Below, in pieces: positions 23,303 through 35,618 of a stretch of DNA of 58,215 bases. This stretch comes from Thraustochytrium aureum (lineage: Eukaryota). The stretch is from assembly GCA_012862495.1 (NCBI GenBank), contig BLSG01000404.1, forward strand, positions 1 to 58,215, written 5' to 3'. The position numbers and the translations under genes were made by a program. The notes beneath the pieces were generated by a model, which worked only from the letters and a program-made list of their open reading frames with translations, was not told the origin of the DNA and did no database searches. Position 1 is the first letter of the stretch, and each line of letters opens with the position of its first letter.

Positions 23303-24345
23303 TCAATCGGTTCCCTCCTTGACCTCTTCGGCACATGCGGTGTCGGCCAGCGCAGTGTCGGCACTCGCGGTGTTGGCCCCATCTTCCTTTGGCGCCATAG
23401 TTGCTAGGGTTTTGCGCATCCGCTGCAACGCCTGTATACCTGTTACGGCATTCTTGAACTTGCGCGTCGCATTGTACTCTTTCAAGCGCGTCAAGTTTCC
23501 GGTGAGGTCCGAGTTGGCATCGCTCGTGAGCCAAGGGTGCTTGAGCACTTCACTTATGGACGGCCGCTGCACCGGGTTTGTGACGAGCATAAAATCGATA
23601 AAGTCCTTGGCGTCCTTGGACACGTTGTCCCAGTATGGCGAGGGAAACTCGTACTTGCCACGCTTGATCTGGCGAAAGAGCTCCGCGTTGTTCGGGTGGT
23701 AGAACGGAGGAAACCCACAAAGTAAGATGTAGGCGATGACGCCAAAGCTCCAGACGTCGACCTTATAGTCGTATTTTTCCCCGTGGAGGATCTCCGGCGC
23801 GACGTATCCAGGTGTACCGCACGCAGTTTTCATGAAGGGCTCCTCCTTGCAAACCTTTGCAAGACCAAAGTCGGCCAGCTTGACGACCGAATCATCCGTG
23901 GTGTCGGCGTACAACAGGTTCTCTGGCTTGAGGTCGCGGTGGACGATGAAGTTCTTGTGGCAGTACTCGAGCGCTTCGGCGATCTTGGTGAGGTCGCGTC
24001 TGGCCATGGCCTCTTCGTAGTGCTCCTTTTCGACAATTCGGTCAAACATTTCGCCGCCAGTCATCAGCTCCATGACTAGGTACACGTTTTCTTCGACCGA
24101 TATGTTTCGTAGAGCTTGACGATGTTCGGATGGTTGAGATCGTGCAGGATCTGCATCTCCGTCTCGAGGGCATCAGCATCCTCGCTCTTCATCGTTGTCA
24201 AGTTCATGATCTTGACCGCTCTGACGACGCTCTTGTCGTCCTTTAGCGTGGCCACTTTGACTGTGGCAAAGCTCCCAGTCCCCAACGTCTTGGAAACCTT
24301 GTACTTCTTCGAGAACTCATCGGAGTTGAAGAAGAACGACGGCAT
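23303..24345 (-). CDS. CAMK-group Ser/Thr kinase (CaMKI-like); one indel at ~24087-24090
   Basis: LGTGSFATV, AVK, HRDLKPEN, DFG, CGTPGYVAPE, and a C-terminal LKEYNATRKFK regulatory helix. The two ORF pieces join if one A is added to an A run (SKKNVYLVME). Confidence 0.92.
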
Positions 24346-25343
24346 CACGCCTGCCTCGTCCGTCTGCCTGCGTCGTGCCGGCGCTCGCGCTGGCAACTTC
24401 GGCCCTTAGCTAACCCCACCGCTTTCTTGGCCGGCTCTCCGCGCCAAATACCCTTTCACACAGGCGCAGGCCGATCGATCGATCGATCGACCGACCGACC
24501 GTCTTCCACGCGCGCACGCAGGCACGAACGCACGTCTGCACGCCCGCACAGCTGCTCGCTCGCTACCCGCTCAGTTCACCGGCTGCGCAGCAATGGCTCG
24601 AGTAAGCGCTCTGCCTGCGAACCCACTTTGCTTGCTTGTAGTGCGCCTCGCCTTTTCCGTGCTCCTTGAAAGGCTGTAGAATCAGCACTGCGTGCATGCC
24701 TGGTTGTCCATCAAGTCAAGCAAGCCTGCTCACTGCCCTCTGGCCAAGCAGTCAGTTCCACCCCACTTGGTCGTTGGCAGACTCGCGCAAACTAAGGCGC
24801 TCGAGGCGAATCGATGGGTGAGAGGTGGTCGAGCCACCCACTGTCCTGCGAACAAGCTTTGCCTCCGCGCAAGACTCCGCGCTGGGACCTCGTGATGGAA
24901 GTGATCGCATTCCTCTCCGTTTCAATCAAGAACACTGGACAGAACAGCCTTTCAGGAAACAAAAGGAAACGACCAAACTCGATTGCAATGCCGCGCCTTC
25001 GCCGCGCCGCGCCAGTCCTCCTGGACCGGCCACACCACGCTCACCGAAGCCGCCGGCCGGCCCGCCCGCGGCCCTCCACAAAACCAGCACGAAATTCCAC
25101 TCCAAAGCGTCGTAGATCCGTTGACATCGAGGCGGACTTGGGCGGAATTACCGGCTGTTTTTTGAATTTCAAAATGGCCAATCGCGATTGAAAATACGTG
25201 GATCGGGAGTTTGGGGATTTTTACGACGCCACTGCGTTTGGTGCGTGATGCGCCTTCTCGGCTGGCTCCTGTGCGTTGAGGCCGACACCCGCCGCGGTCG
25301 CCATGCGGCGCAATGCGCAGGCGATGTGCTGGCTTCGCGAGCT

Positions 25344-25400
25344 TTGTTTGTTTGTTTGTTTGTTGTTTCTTTGTTTGCGAGCTTGCCTGCTTGCCTGCTT
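25344..25400. repeat. (TTTG)n / (GCTT-GCCT)n microsatellite
   Basis: tttgtttgtttgtttgtttgttg... followed by gcttgcctgcttgcctgctt. Confidence 0.7.
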
Positions 25401-25633
25401 GTATTGCAACTTGGCTGCCCCTGCTGAACCCGGGTTCAAGATTGCGAAAGGGTTGCCGATGTCGCAAGCCTCCTCGTCTGGCGAACGTGCAACGTGCCGC
25501 GCAGCTCAGTAGACACGTGCGATTGAACGAACAAGTTGCCTTTCGCTGTTGGAAAACGGACATCTACGCTCCATCTCGTTGCTGTTGCAGTGCCTCGAAT
25601 GTGGGCTGTGTCGCGGCGCGCGATGCCCGGACA

Positions 25634-27859
25634 ATGGTGAGTGCGTCTGCTGAAGCTGCGCTGCCTGCTGGCTGTGCAACTGAGACCTCGAGCGGAGGTC
25701 CACAGTCGACTCCACAATCCTGCGACGACGCGCGCAGCTGTTCTGACGCCAACCGCGATGGCGGAGCCGATGACAGGGCAGACTTGTGCTGGATCGTTTC
25801 CCGCGACGGCTCGCTGAAAGAGCGCGTCCCAATGGAGCAGCTTCGCGCGAGCGTTGTGTTTGAACGAATGTTTTCCAGCTGTTGCGTCGAAGGGCTCCAG
25901 AACTGCGCCGTCGTAGGGAATATGAGCGCGCACGTGCTTGGATTGGTCGTTGCCTTTCTCCGGGGCAAGCTAGACCCGTCCGATCTTCAGACGTACGCGC
26001 TGCATCTGTTGCTTGCGGCAGATTTCCTGGACATTGGGTCGTTGGTCCGCGATGCGACCACCGCTGCCGCGCGTCGCTTGGAAGACGTCAACTCCTACGG
26101 CCCGCTGCCGCCCCACTTGGTCGCGGCGCTCATTGCCAGGGCGCCAGCAAGCGGGCTGCTGGAGGCGGAGACGGCCACTTCGGACTGCGTGCCGCGAGCA
26201 GAGCTGGACGTTATGGTTCGGCAAGCCTGGGCGCGCTGTCCCACCCCGCGCAAGCTGGCTATGGAGGCCCGCTTGCAGCGCGACATTGCGCGGTTTTCTC
26301 CGCGCGGGAGCGTTGACCTTGCCGAGCGCCTCTCGCAGCTCGGCCCACACGTGGAGCGCCTGGCGATTCGTAACAAGCAGCTCGCCAACTCTGAGCAGCT
26401 CGAGCAAGTCGTGCAGGGGATCCCGGCGGTCGCCTCGCTTGATCTAGGCGGCAACGGCATGACTGGCGCAGCTGCAATGCGGCTCGCAAAGTGCCTCGGT
26501 TCACGGCGCATGCGGCTCACAGTCGCTGCGAAACAGCGAGCGGTTCCTGGCTGCGCCTCGCCGACGCGACCGGGGTATACCCGCCCTCACACAGTTTTGC
26601 AACGCAAGGTTCGTGCAGTGGAGGTGGACTTTGGCGAAACCGGGCTCACAGATGCCGGGCTCGTCAAAATCGCGGCCCTCCTTCGGCGGCCACCGAGCCC
26701 AAGCACAGCGTCGCCTGGACGCGGAAAGGTTGTCCTTTTAGAGCAGCTGTCCCTCCGAGGCAACCCAATCGGCGACGCTGGAACGCTGCACCTGCTCGAT
26801 GCGCTCGCTTCAAATGGGCTCACCATTACGAGCTTGAGTCTGGACCGGAACGATAAAATCTCGCCGGACGGCGCACTGGCGTTTGCCCGTGCCATCGCTG
26901 TCCCGGCTTGCAAAGTCCACACTTTGAGTATGCAAGCGGTCGGTTGCGATGTCGGAAGCATATTGCTCGCCCTGTTTGACTCGAACGAAGGACACGCCGC
27001 GGGAGGAGGATTCCGGTCCGTGGACTTGTCGCTAAACTTTTCCGCTCTCCCCTCCCGCGCCCTCTCACGTGCAGTGTTTGGGGACGCTGGCGGGGACCTG
27101 GTCAGGCTCGAGTTGAGTGGAAACGTCTTGCGCGAGGAGAGCATCGCGTGTCTAGCGGAGGCAGCTGGATTGCACAGCAGCGCGCTCGAGTTCCTTGGGC
27201 TCGGGAACGTTGGCCTGAGCGCAACCGGCGCACTGGCCCTCACACGGGCCCTTTCCAGCATGCCGCAACTGCGTCGCCTGGATGTCTCGAGAAACGGCCT
27301 CCCTTGCAAGGGCACCGCGTACTTTGCGGTTGCGCTGGCGAACCACCCTTCCCTAGAGAACTTGGACGTGTCTGGCAACGCGTTCGACGTTCTCGTTGCT
27401 GGCGCGTTTGGAGCAGCGCTTGCTCGCTCTCCGGCCCGAGTTCGCGACCTGCGGCTCGGAGTTCCCGGGTGGCAGCAGCAAGCTCGTACACAGGGGTGCG
27501 CAGCGCTTTGCCGCGGCTTGCTCGGGGTGGGAAGCGCAAAATTCCGGCTGTGCGTTCTTGACCTCAGCGGACAGGGGATCCGCAGCGCGGGGTGCGGCAT
27601 GCTCGCCAACGTTGTGGCTCGGGATGCAGTGGTCTCGTTGCACACTTTACTGCTCCGCGAGAACGACATTTGCGACGAAGGCGCCGAGGACCTGTCGAGA
27701 GCCGCGTATACGAAGCAAGACCGTCGGTATGTGGATGGCACCGTCTGCGGACCGCAGGGACGGTTTCTCCTCAACTTGGGCGGCAACCGGATTTCGCGGG
27801 CCTGCGCGTCGTCGCTTGACGCCGCTCTAGGGGCCATGGTCAAGCTTGTCCTGGCGTAG
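25634..27859 (+). CDS. BTB/POZ plus RNI-like leucine-rich-repeat protein
   Basis: BTB-like VFERMFSS..E..LLLAADFLDI. LRRs LEQLSLRGNPIGDAG, LRRLDVSRNGL, LENLDVSGN, LHTLLLRENDICDEGA. Start taken as the ATG at 25634. Confidence 0.8.
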   Translation: MVSASAEAALPAGCATETSSGGPQSTPQSCDDARSCSDANRDGGADDRADLCWIVSRDGSLKERVPMEQLRASVVFERMFSSCCVEGLQNCAVVGNMSAHVLGLVVAFLRGKLDPSDLQTYALHLLLAADFLDIGSLVRDATTAAARRLEDVNSYGPLPPHLVAALIARAPASGLLEAETATSDCVPRAELDVMVRQAWARCPTPRKLAMEARLQRDIARFSPRGSVDLAERLSQLGPHVERLAIRNKQLANSEQLEQVVQGIPAVASLDLGGNGMTGAAAMRLAKCLGSRRMRLTVAAKQRAVPGCASPTRPGYTRPHTVLQRKVRAVEVDFGETGLTDAGLVKIAALLRRPPSPSTASPGRGKVVLLEQLSLRGNPIGDAGTLHLLDALASNGLTITSLSLDRNDKISPDGALAFARAIAVPACKVHTLSMQAVGCDVGSILLALFDSNEGHAAGGGFRSVDLSLNFSALPSRALSRAVFGDAGGDLVRLELSGNVLREESIACLAEAAGLHSSALEFLGLGNVGLSATGALALTRALSSMPQLRRLDVSRNGLPCKGTAYFAVALANHPSLENLDVSGNAFDVLVAGAFGAALARSPARVRDLRLGVPGWQQQARTQGCAALCRGLLGVGSAKFRLCVLDLSGQGIRSAGCGMLANVVARDAVVSLHTLLLRENDICDEGAEDLSRAAYTKQDRRYVDGTVCGPQGRFLLNLGGNRISRACASSLDAALGAMVKLVLA

Positions 27860-28113
27860 CGATTTGGACTGCGCTCGAGTTGAGAGATTGCGTGGCGATG
27901 AGAACGCGCCCGCTTCAACCAAGATGGCGCCGCAGAGCGGGGGCGGAGTTGAGAAAAGGAAAATGTCTGCACTGCTCTCCTTCGCACGGTGATAGCTGCG
28001 AGCGCGTTTGCCCGCCGGCTTTTAAAGCTGGTGGCCCGGACTCGACTACGACCACGTTTTTACACCCTTTCTGACTGGTACAGCTAGCTCTAGAGGTACT
28101 CTGCGATGGTCAA

Positions 28114-28809
<696 letters not shown>

Positions 28810-30570
28810 TTAATTTCGCCGCCAGGCGCGCGCCGAGCCTTGGGCCGCGTCAGCACAACTCGGCCCTCGTCGTTCGCGCAAAGGCCGTGCTCGTGGGCCG
28901 CCTCTCCACGGGCAAGAAGCAAGCTGACTGGCTTGTCGTGACGGACACCGGGCTCAACACGGCAAGCCCCGCGCCAACTGTTGCGCCGATTCGGCGCTGT
29001 GCACGACCTCCAGAGCTGCTCCGCGAGCATTGGCAACTGCTGATCTGGGTGGAGCTCCGTTTGCATTACACCAGCAAGCATTCTGCATTGCAACTAGCGC
29101 CGAATTGGCCCTCAAATAATTACCTTCATAACAGAATCACATGTAAAGATAATAATTGAGGGAAATCTGACAGTTTCGAAACGGCAACTTCGCTCCCGCG
29201 ACGGCCGCGTCGCCGCATCATGAGCTTGTTGCCGAGGGCTCCGAGGAGCGCGGGCAATCCCTGCATGCCGACAGTGGCAGGCAGACTTGGTCGCCCTTTC
29301 GCCAAGGTCGCTCGCGTTGGTCGCTGGATTGTGGCTGCGGAGCCGCGAGACAACCAACGACGGCGAAGAAATTGGTCGTCCAGAACAGAGCACCAGCAAC
29401 ACCAGCAGGGGCCGAGCTGGGCGGCTTCTTTTCCAGGTCTCAAAAGGCGTCGATTTGACGCGCCTGCGAGAAGCACCACGCTGCCAGTGCTAGAGACTCG
29501 CAGAGCGGCTCNNNNNNNNNNNNNNNNNNNNNNNNNNNNNNNNNNNNNNNNNNNNNNNNNNNNNNNNNNNNNNNNNNNNNNNNNNNNNNNNNNNNNNNNN
29601 NNNNNNNNNNNNNNNNNNNNNNNNNNNNNNNNNNNNNNNNNNNNNNNNNNNNNNNNNNNNNNNNNNNNNNNNNNNNNNNNNNNNNNNNNNNNNNNNNNNN
29701 NNNNNNNNNNNNNNNNNNNNNNNNNNNNNNNNNNNNNNNNNNNNNNNNNNNNNNNNNNNNNNNNNNNNNNNNNNNNNNNNNNNNNNNNNNNNNNNNNNNN
29801 NNNNNNNNNNNNNNNNNNNNNNNNNNNNNNNNNNNNNNNNNNNNNNNNNNNNNNNNNNNNNNNNNNNNNNNNNNNNNNNNNNNNNNNNNNNNNNNNNNNN
29901 NNNNNNNNNNNNNNNNNNNNNNNNNNNNNNNNNNNNNNNNNNNNNNNNNNNNNNNNNNNNNNNNNNNNNNNNNNNNNNNNNNNNNNNNNNNNNNNNNNNN
30001 NNNNNNNNNNNNNNNNNNNNNNNNNNNNNNNNNNNNNNNNNNNNNNNNNNNNNNNNNNNNNNNNNNNNNCGAGCCGAGCAGCGCGCGAAGCAATCCGCTG
30101 ATTTTCCCGCGCGATGTCGCAGAGGAGGTGCCGGTGAGTTGTTGGTTGCTTTTCTTGCCGAACCTTGTCGCGCTGGATGCGCCCGATTGCATGAAGCGCG
30201 CTCTGCTGAGCTTGCTTGCCTCGTGCGTCGTTGCTGACAGGACTGGTGCGCAGACTGGGCCATCCAAGCAGCGTACTCTTGGCAAGAAGCACTCTCGGTG
30301 CGCCTGCATGTAGGCACTGGCTTCTGCGCCGAACCTGTCTGGCTCCCTTGCCGCGGAGGGCCGTGTAAGACTTAGCACAAATTTGTCACAAGAATCTTAG
30401 TTCCGCATTTGCACAAGGCAGCCAGCCGCTGCGGAGCGCGGGGCGCGGCTGGTGGCGTCAAGGTTGGGAGTGAAACTAGCTAGTCACTTGTGCGTAGGCA
30501 TACACTGCTGTATGGTCCTGATGGTGCACCCTCGGCGCGTTTGTTCATAAAGTGGAGTCCAACCGCGGCC

Positions 30571-32382
30571 TCAGCGCCCCTCGTTGTCTGTTTCTTGCGT
30601 CGGCTCGTCGTCGGGCCCGTCAGGCTCGTCCTCCGAACCGCTAGGAGCGGAGTGGTCCGCCATGGAGTGGAACTCCTCGAGCTTTGCCTCGATGGTCGGA
30701 GGCGGGTTTGGCACTTCCTCCATGATTTTGCTGAATAGCGCGCTCTTTGTCTCGCTTGCGCCACTCTGAGCGTCTTCGACGGCCTTCGTCACCCACTCGA
30801 TGGTGACCCGCCCTTCTTTGCGAACAAGCCTGGTCGAGGCCAACCGACGTATGCGCATCCTTGCGAGAGACAAGCGCGCAGGGGTTCCAGCGCGCGGAAG
30901 CTCATCCTTCAGCGACTGTGAGATCCTGCCGGACTCGAGCGCGTCCACGACGAGGTTCAAGAACCGCGCAACGCCCTTGGCTTCCTCGGCCAAGTCTCGC
31001 ACGCGTTTAAGGCGCCTCTCCGCCTCAAGAAGCGCCGTAAAAACCCAGCTCAGCTCGTCCCCGTCTTTGGCGTTTTCAGCCATCGCGTTCGCCCCTTTTG
31101 TGATCTCTTGCTTCGCTTGCGCCGGGTTGCTTGTGAGTAAATTCGTCGTATCTTTCAAGTTGGCCGTCGAATCGTCGATGTCGTTGATCCTTCTAGCGGC
31201 CGGGGTCGGCTGGCTGCGCCCTCCAAGGACACGATCAACAATGATCGGCACACGGCAACTGTTGCTGCGATTCGAGTCGCCGCGATCGGTCTCTACCACA
31301 ATGTCGAGGACGTGCACTCGCCGCTGCGCCCCAGACGGACTTCGCTCAAGCTTGCAGTGGACGCGAAACTCTTTTGTCTGGCCAAACTCCAGAAGGGGGA
31401 TGCTCCAAGCGCGTCTGGACTCTGAGACGGAGTCGTCCACCTCCTTGAACGAGCTCGTGCTCCGCTTGCTGAGGCAATTTTCGGGGAGCGACACGATGCT
31501 GGTCATGTCATCGGGGACAACTAGCTTGAAGAAGCTCTTGGCGACGATGGGCACGTTCATGCGGACGGGACTTTCGCGGAAGAGCTTTTTCTCGCTGGCG
31601 CCGTAGATTTCGCCTCCTGTGATCTCCTTCAGCCGTTCAAAAATCGCGCGGCCGTCATCCGAGACAAGCGGCACGTAGGCGAAGAAGACGTGTTCGATGA
31701 CATTCAAATGCTCAACGTCCCCGTCGATCCAGGAATTGATGGTCCTGCAAGCTAAGTCAGGCTCCTCGGTGATCCCGTCAGTTATGATGGCAACCGACGT
31801 GTCTGTAACGCGGCCGTTCCGGAATTCATTGCGGCACTGGTCGTCCAGTGCGCCGCCCTCGCTTGGCCCGCATGACGCTTCCACTTCAGCGCCGAAGTGC
31901 CTGTCGAGCAGCTCGAGCTCCTCAATGCCCTTGATCAAACCCTTGTGCAGATAGGTGGTGCTCTTCGTTTTAATACCGTCGACCTTCGCCTTGAGCTCCG
32001 GGACGCTCGCTTTGGTGACGGCCTGCAGGCTGAAGCACACGTCGGCCGAATGGCTAAACGTGACGACGCTCGTGTACCAGCTTGCATTCGTGTCTTTGGC
32101 CGCTGTGTCCAACCATTCACAGATTACCTTCTGCGCAATGGCGATCCTCTTCTCAGATCTCTTTTCACCAGTCTTGGTGTCGGTTTCCTCAAATTTCCAT
32201 TCCATGCTGCCGCTCACGTCCAGGATCCAAACCTGAAGACGTATCGCAGGTTTCTGGGGCTGTTTGTAGGCGCGTGCGGTGATTGTCACGACGGGGGTGA
32301 TCTCTTCTTCTAGGAACCCGCACTGGGAGACGCAGTCGACCCCGAGGTGGAACAGATCGTTGTCGCTCTCCATGTAGACCAT
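30571..32382 (-). CDS. vWA-domain protein with helical C-terminus (603 aa)
   Basis: MIDAS LDVSGSM, TTYLHKG, IITDG. A beta-rich middle region is followed by a coiled-coil-like segment and an acidic tail. Confidence 0.85.
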   Translation of the reverse strand: MVYMESDNDLFHLGVDCVSQCGFLEEEITPVVTITARAYKQPQKPAIRLQVWILDVSGSMEWKFEETDTKTGEKRSEKRIAIAQKVICEWLDTAAKDTNASWYTSVVTFSHSADVCFSLQAVTKASVPELKAKVDGIKTKSTTYLHKGLIKGIEELELLDRHFGAEVEASCGPSEGGALDDQCRNEFRNGRVTDTSVAIITDGITEEPDLACRTINSWIDGDVEHLNVIEHVFFAYVPLVSDDGRAIFERLKEITGGEIYGASEKKLFRESPVRMNVPIVAKSFFKLVVPDDMTSIVSLPENCLSKRSTSSFKEVDDSVSESRRAWSIPLLEFGQTKEFRVHCKLERSPSGAQRRVHVLDIVVETDRGDSNRSNSCRVPIIVDRVLGGRSQPTPAARRINDIDDSTANLKDTTNLLTSNPAQAKQEITKGANAMAENAKDGDELSWVFTALLEAERRLKRVRDLAEEAKGVARFLNLVVDALESGRISQSLKDELPRAGTPARLSLARMRIRRLASTRLVRKEGRVTIEWVTKAVEDAQSGASETKSALFSKIMEEVPNPPPTIEAKLEEFHSMADHSAPSGSEDEPDGPDDEPTQETDNEGR

Positions 32383-33698
32383 CTTTGGCCACGGCTTGCT
32401 CTGCTGGGTTCTCGCTCTCGCTCGAGGTTTGGGGTCTGCCCGATCGATCGGCTCATCGCCAAGCCCAGCAAACCTTGGCGAGTCACCCCGGGATGATGGA
32501 GCTCAGCGACAACGCAGGCCACTCACTCTCAAGGAGGAATTCGAAATCATCAAATCAGCCGCGATGGGCTCGCCTCTGCCGCCCGCTGGCGTGCCAAAAG
32601 AGCGCATCATCGAGGGGGCATCACGTTGACCAAACCCGACAGACTTGCACCATTCTGATGTGTCCAGTTGCGCCACTGGCAGCCGGGTTGCTCTGGTCCG
32701 TGTGGCGCATGCGGTGGGTTGTTCCAGGAGATCTGAATTCTGGTTCACCCGCACCCTGCCGCCAGATCGCTTTCGATCGGGCCAGCCTGATGATCAGATG
32801 ATACTCGACGGACCGGCGTGGAGTGACCAAGACTTGCGTTCGGCGAACGCGGATGGCCTTGGCTGGTGCCGGTACGTGCCGATGCCCTGCCGACGTGCTG
32901 GTTAGGGCTGATGAGTATGCGCACCGGTCGCCCGCTGACTCTTGATTGAGTACTTACACAAGTAAACGCGGAGAGTGGTTGAGTACTCCTTCCTTCTCTT
33001 TCAAGATCTTGAGAAAGTTGAATTGATTGAGTCGGTGCGTACCTCGCTCTCTGGACGGTGGAGCGCCGAGTACTCCCTCCACACTGGCATGAACGAACAT
33101 GCGGGCTGTGCGGCGCTGCACGTGCGGCGCGGCGGCCTCACACTGTCTGTCACCTGAGAACACAAATGGACAAAAAACAAAACACAGGACGACTCGGAGA
33201 AACACGTTGAGACCTCTTTGCAGCCATTGCCGGCAAGATCCAAGCGCGGTGCTCTCGCCGCTTGCAAAGTGGTCGCGCGTGCCAGTGCACGTCGCACTTT
33301 CACCGGACCGTCGGATCCTCCTTGGCGGCGCCCGACAGGGCAGGATCATCAATCGCAGTCACTCGTGAGTCGTGACTGGCTGACCGAGCTCTCGCCAGCG
33401 CCATGCGGTGAGTACCGTACTCCACTCCCGCGCCGCAGATGCGGCACAGAGTGCTGCCTGGCGGAGCGCAGGCCCGTCGCTTGTGAGAGTTTGCGAGTGT
33501 GCGGATGGATGGAGGCACAACGCGGCCGGTCCTCAACATGGCCAAGGCGGGCAAAGGCGTGCTCACGTCTACTCGGTGGCTGATGATGCTCAGGACGCTC
33601 CCAGATGCCGAACGACGTGGTGCTGCGCGAGCAGAGGAAGGAGGCGAGTCGAGCGACGAGAAGGTGGCCGAGTCGAGCGGGTCAGAGGCGGCTCCAAA

Positions 33699-35618
33699 AT
33701 GAGCAAGACCGCGCCCGTCGAGCTGGAGCTGGGACTGACGCGCTCCCAGCTCACCGCGGACAAGGCCGAGGAGGTCAAGGTGAGCGGCAAGATTCGCGTC
33801 ACGCCTGCCGGGGCCAGGTACACAGTCAAGGGCGTCGACTTTTGCGTGCTCCTCGACACGAGCGGCAGCATGGCGAACCCGCTCGACGGACAAGCGACGC
33901 GCATCTCGGGGATGTTGAAAGCCATCGACTCGTTGATCGAGGAGATGGACGCGAACGACCGGTTGTCGTTGATTGAGTTCAACACGTCTGCGTCCGTGTT
34001 CATCGAGTTCGCCCCGGCGACCGACGCGAACAAGCAGATGTGGAAAGCAAGGCTCAATGCTCCCGGCGCGTTCTCATGTTCGGGGCAAACGAACCTGGAG
34101 GCAGGGATGAAGCTGGCGCTCTCTGAAATTGAGAGCTTGCAGCGGCCGATGCCATTCCCAACCATCTTCCTTGCCTGCGACGGTGAAGTGAACTGCGGGC
34201 AGACTGACATGTTGGATCTTTCTCAAGAGCTGAACGAGGAAATGCAGAATTTTGTGGCGACCGGCATGGTCAAGGGGTTCAAAGTCGCGGCACTCGGCAT
34301 CGGGGATGATATCGACGCGGAGGCACTCCAGGAATTCCGCCTGGGTTTGCACGACTGCGACTTCGACATGGTCACCGAACTATACGGCACAGCTGACGAG
34401 GTTGGTGCGTCTGGCCTCGACATATCCCTGAAGTGGGGCAAAGCCAAGGCCACCATAGCTATCGACCCAGTCACCATCACGGTGTTCGCGGAGCCGGGGG
34501 TCCGTATTCACGCCAAATCGAGGAAAATGACGCCTGGGATGCGCGAGGACGACAAGTGCTCGTACCGTCCGACGGAAATTGTGGCAGGCGAAATCTACTC
34601 ATACCGCTTTGAGCGGTTCGACAAGACCTTGGCGTGCAAGTTTGTGATCCCGCTGCTCGTGGAGAGTGGCGCAGTCAACGACAGGCAGCCGCTGGTCAGA
34701 TTTGAGTACAGCGGCGGCCAACCAGCTCGAATGCCAGAACCGCTGGTTTTATACTGCAAGCGCACCGCCCACCCCCAGAAGACGGCGGCTGACTTTGAAA
34801 CCCACAACACCGCCCTGGCTGTTGAAACGCGATTCACCGTTGCCCGAATGATGGTGGAGGACTTCCACATCGCCTGGCAGGAAGTCTTGGAGAACGGTGA
34901 AGAGGACGAGGCAGTGCACGCCATCTTACTCGAAACAACTGCTGAGTCTGAGTTGCGCAAAATGCAAACCAAAGTGAGCGAGGCGGAGGGGCGGCTCGAG
35001 GGCAGGCGCCACAACAAGGATGAAGCGAAGGTGGAACTCGATGGAATCTCCATGCTTCTCGAGGAAGCGCTCGCACTCGCCAACAACACAGCGAAGGACA
35101 CCTTTCACGTTTGGATTCAAAAGCTCGAGGCCTTCATGGACAACGTTTCGCACTCGCTTCTAAACTACTCGGTTAACGTGTCCAACTACAAGCAAGCGGT
35201 TGCCCTAAACACCGCAGCCGCGAATTTCATCGCGCGTTTTATCATGGCGCTCGAGAGGGGAGAGCTTCCGATGAGCGAGGAGACAAAGGAAAAGCTGCTC
35301 AAGTACTACCGCGAAACACAACAAGAGATGAGCAAGATCAAGAAGGTCGTCAACGTCAAAGCCCTGGCTCAAAGGTATGACCCGGGAGGAAACCATTACA
35401 GGTCTGACTCGGATGATGCATCGGGGCAAAGCGGTCGGCGAAACGAAGCCCCTGCCAACAGGCCTACCTCGCTTTTGGCGAGAGCATCTCGCAGGATAAA
35501 GTCGGGGTTACGTTCGTCGGGTCGTCAAACATCATCCGCTTCTGGATATCCCGCGCGCGCGAGAATGGAGGACGACTCGTCGCAAGACGGCCACGACGAA
35601 GAGAGCGACGAAGCGTAG
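33699..35618 (+). CDS. vWA-domain protein with coiled-coil C-terminus (~639 aa)
   Basis: ATG 33699 in an AAA ATG context. MIDAS LDTSGSM, GQTNLEAG, LACDG. Long helical C-terminal half and an acidic tail. Confidence 0.87.
   Translation: MSKTAPVELELGLTRSQLTADKAEEVKVSGKIRVTPAGARYTVKGVDFCVLLDTSGSMANPLDGQATRISGMLKAIDSLIEEMDANDRLSLIEFNTSASVFIEFAPATDANKQMWKARLNAPGAFSCSGQTNLEAGMKLALSEIESLQRPMPFPTIFLACDGEVNCGQTDMLDLSQELNEEMQNFVATGMVKGFKVAALGIGDDIDAEALQEFRLGLHDCDFDMVTELYGTADEVGASGLDISLKWGKAKATIAIDPVTITVFAEPGVRIHAKSRKMTPGMREDDKCSYRPTEIVAGEIYSYRFERFDKTLACKFVIPLLVESGAVNDRQPLVRFEYSGGQPARMPEPLVLYCKRTAHPQKTAADFETHNTALAVETRFTVARMMVEDFHIAWQEVLENGEEDEAVHAILLETTAESELRKMQTKVSEAEGRLEGRRHNKDEAKVELDGISMLLEEALALANNTAKDTFHVWIQKLEAFMDNVSHSLLNYSVNVSNYKQAVALNTAAANFIARFIMALERGELPMSEETKEKLLKYYRETQQEMSKIKKVVNVKALAQRYDPGGNHYRSDSDDASGQSGRRNEAPANRPTSLLARASRRIKSGLRSSGRQTSSASGYPARARMEDDSSQDGHDEESDEA

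Noticed and set aside
26587..27987. Long antisense or overlapping ORFs (also 13736-14752, 23046-23702, 41560-42909, 42672-44390)
   Set aside because: Shadows of real genes in GC-rich DNA, with no motifs.
32396..32629. Short ORF with RRPLTLKEEFEIIK resembling a CENP-B/pogo HTH start
   Set aside because: Too short, with no continuing homology.
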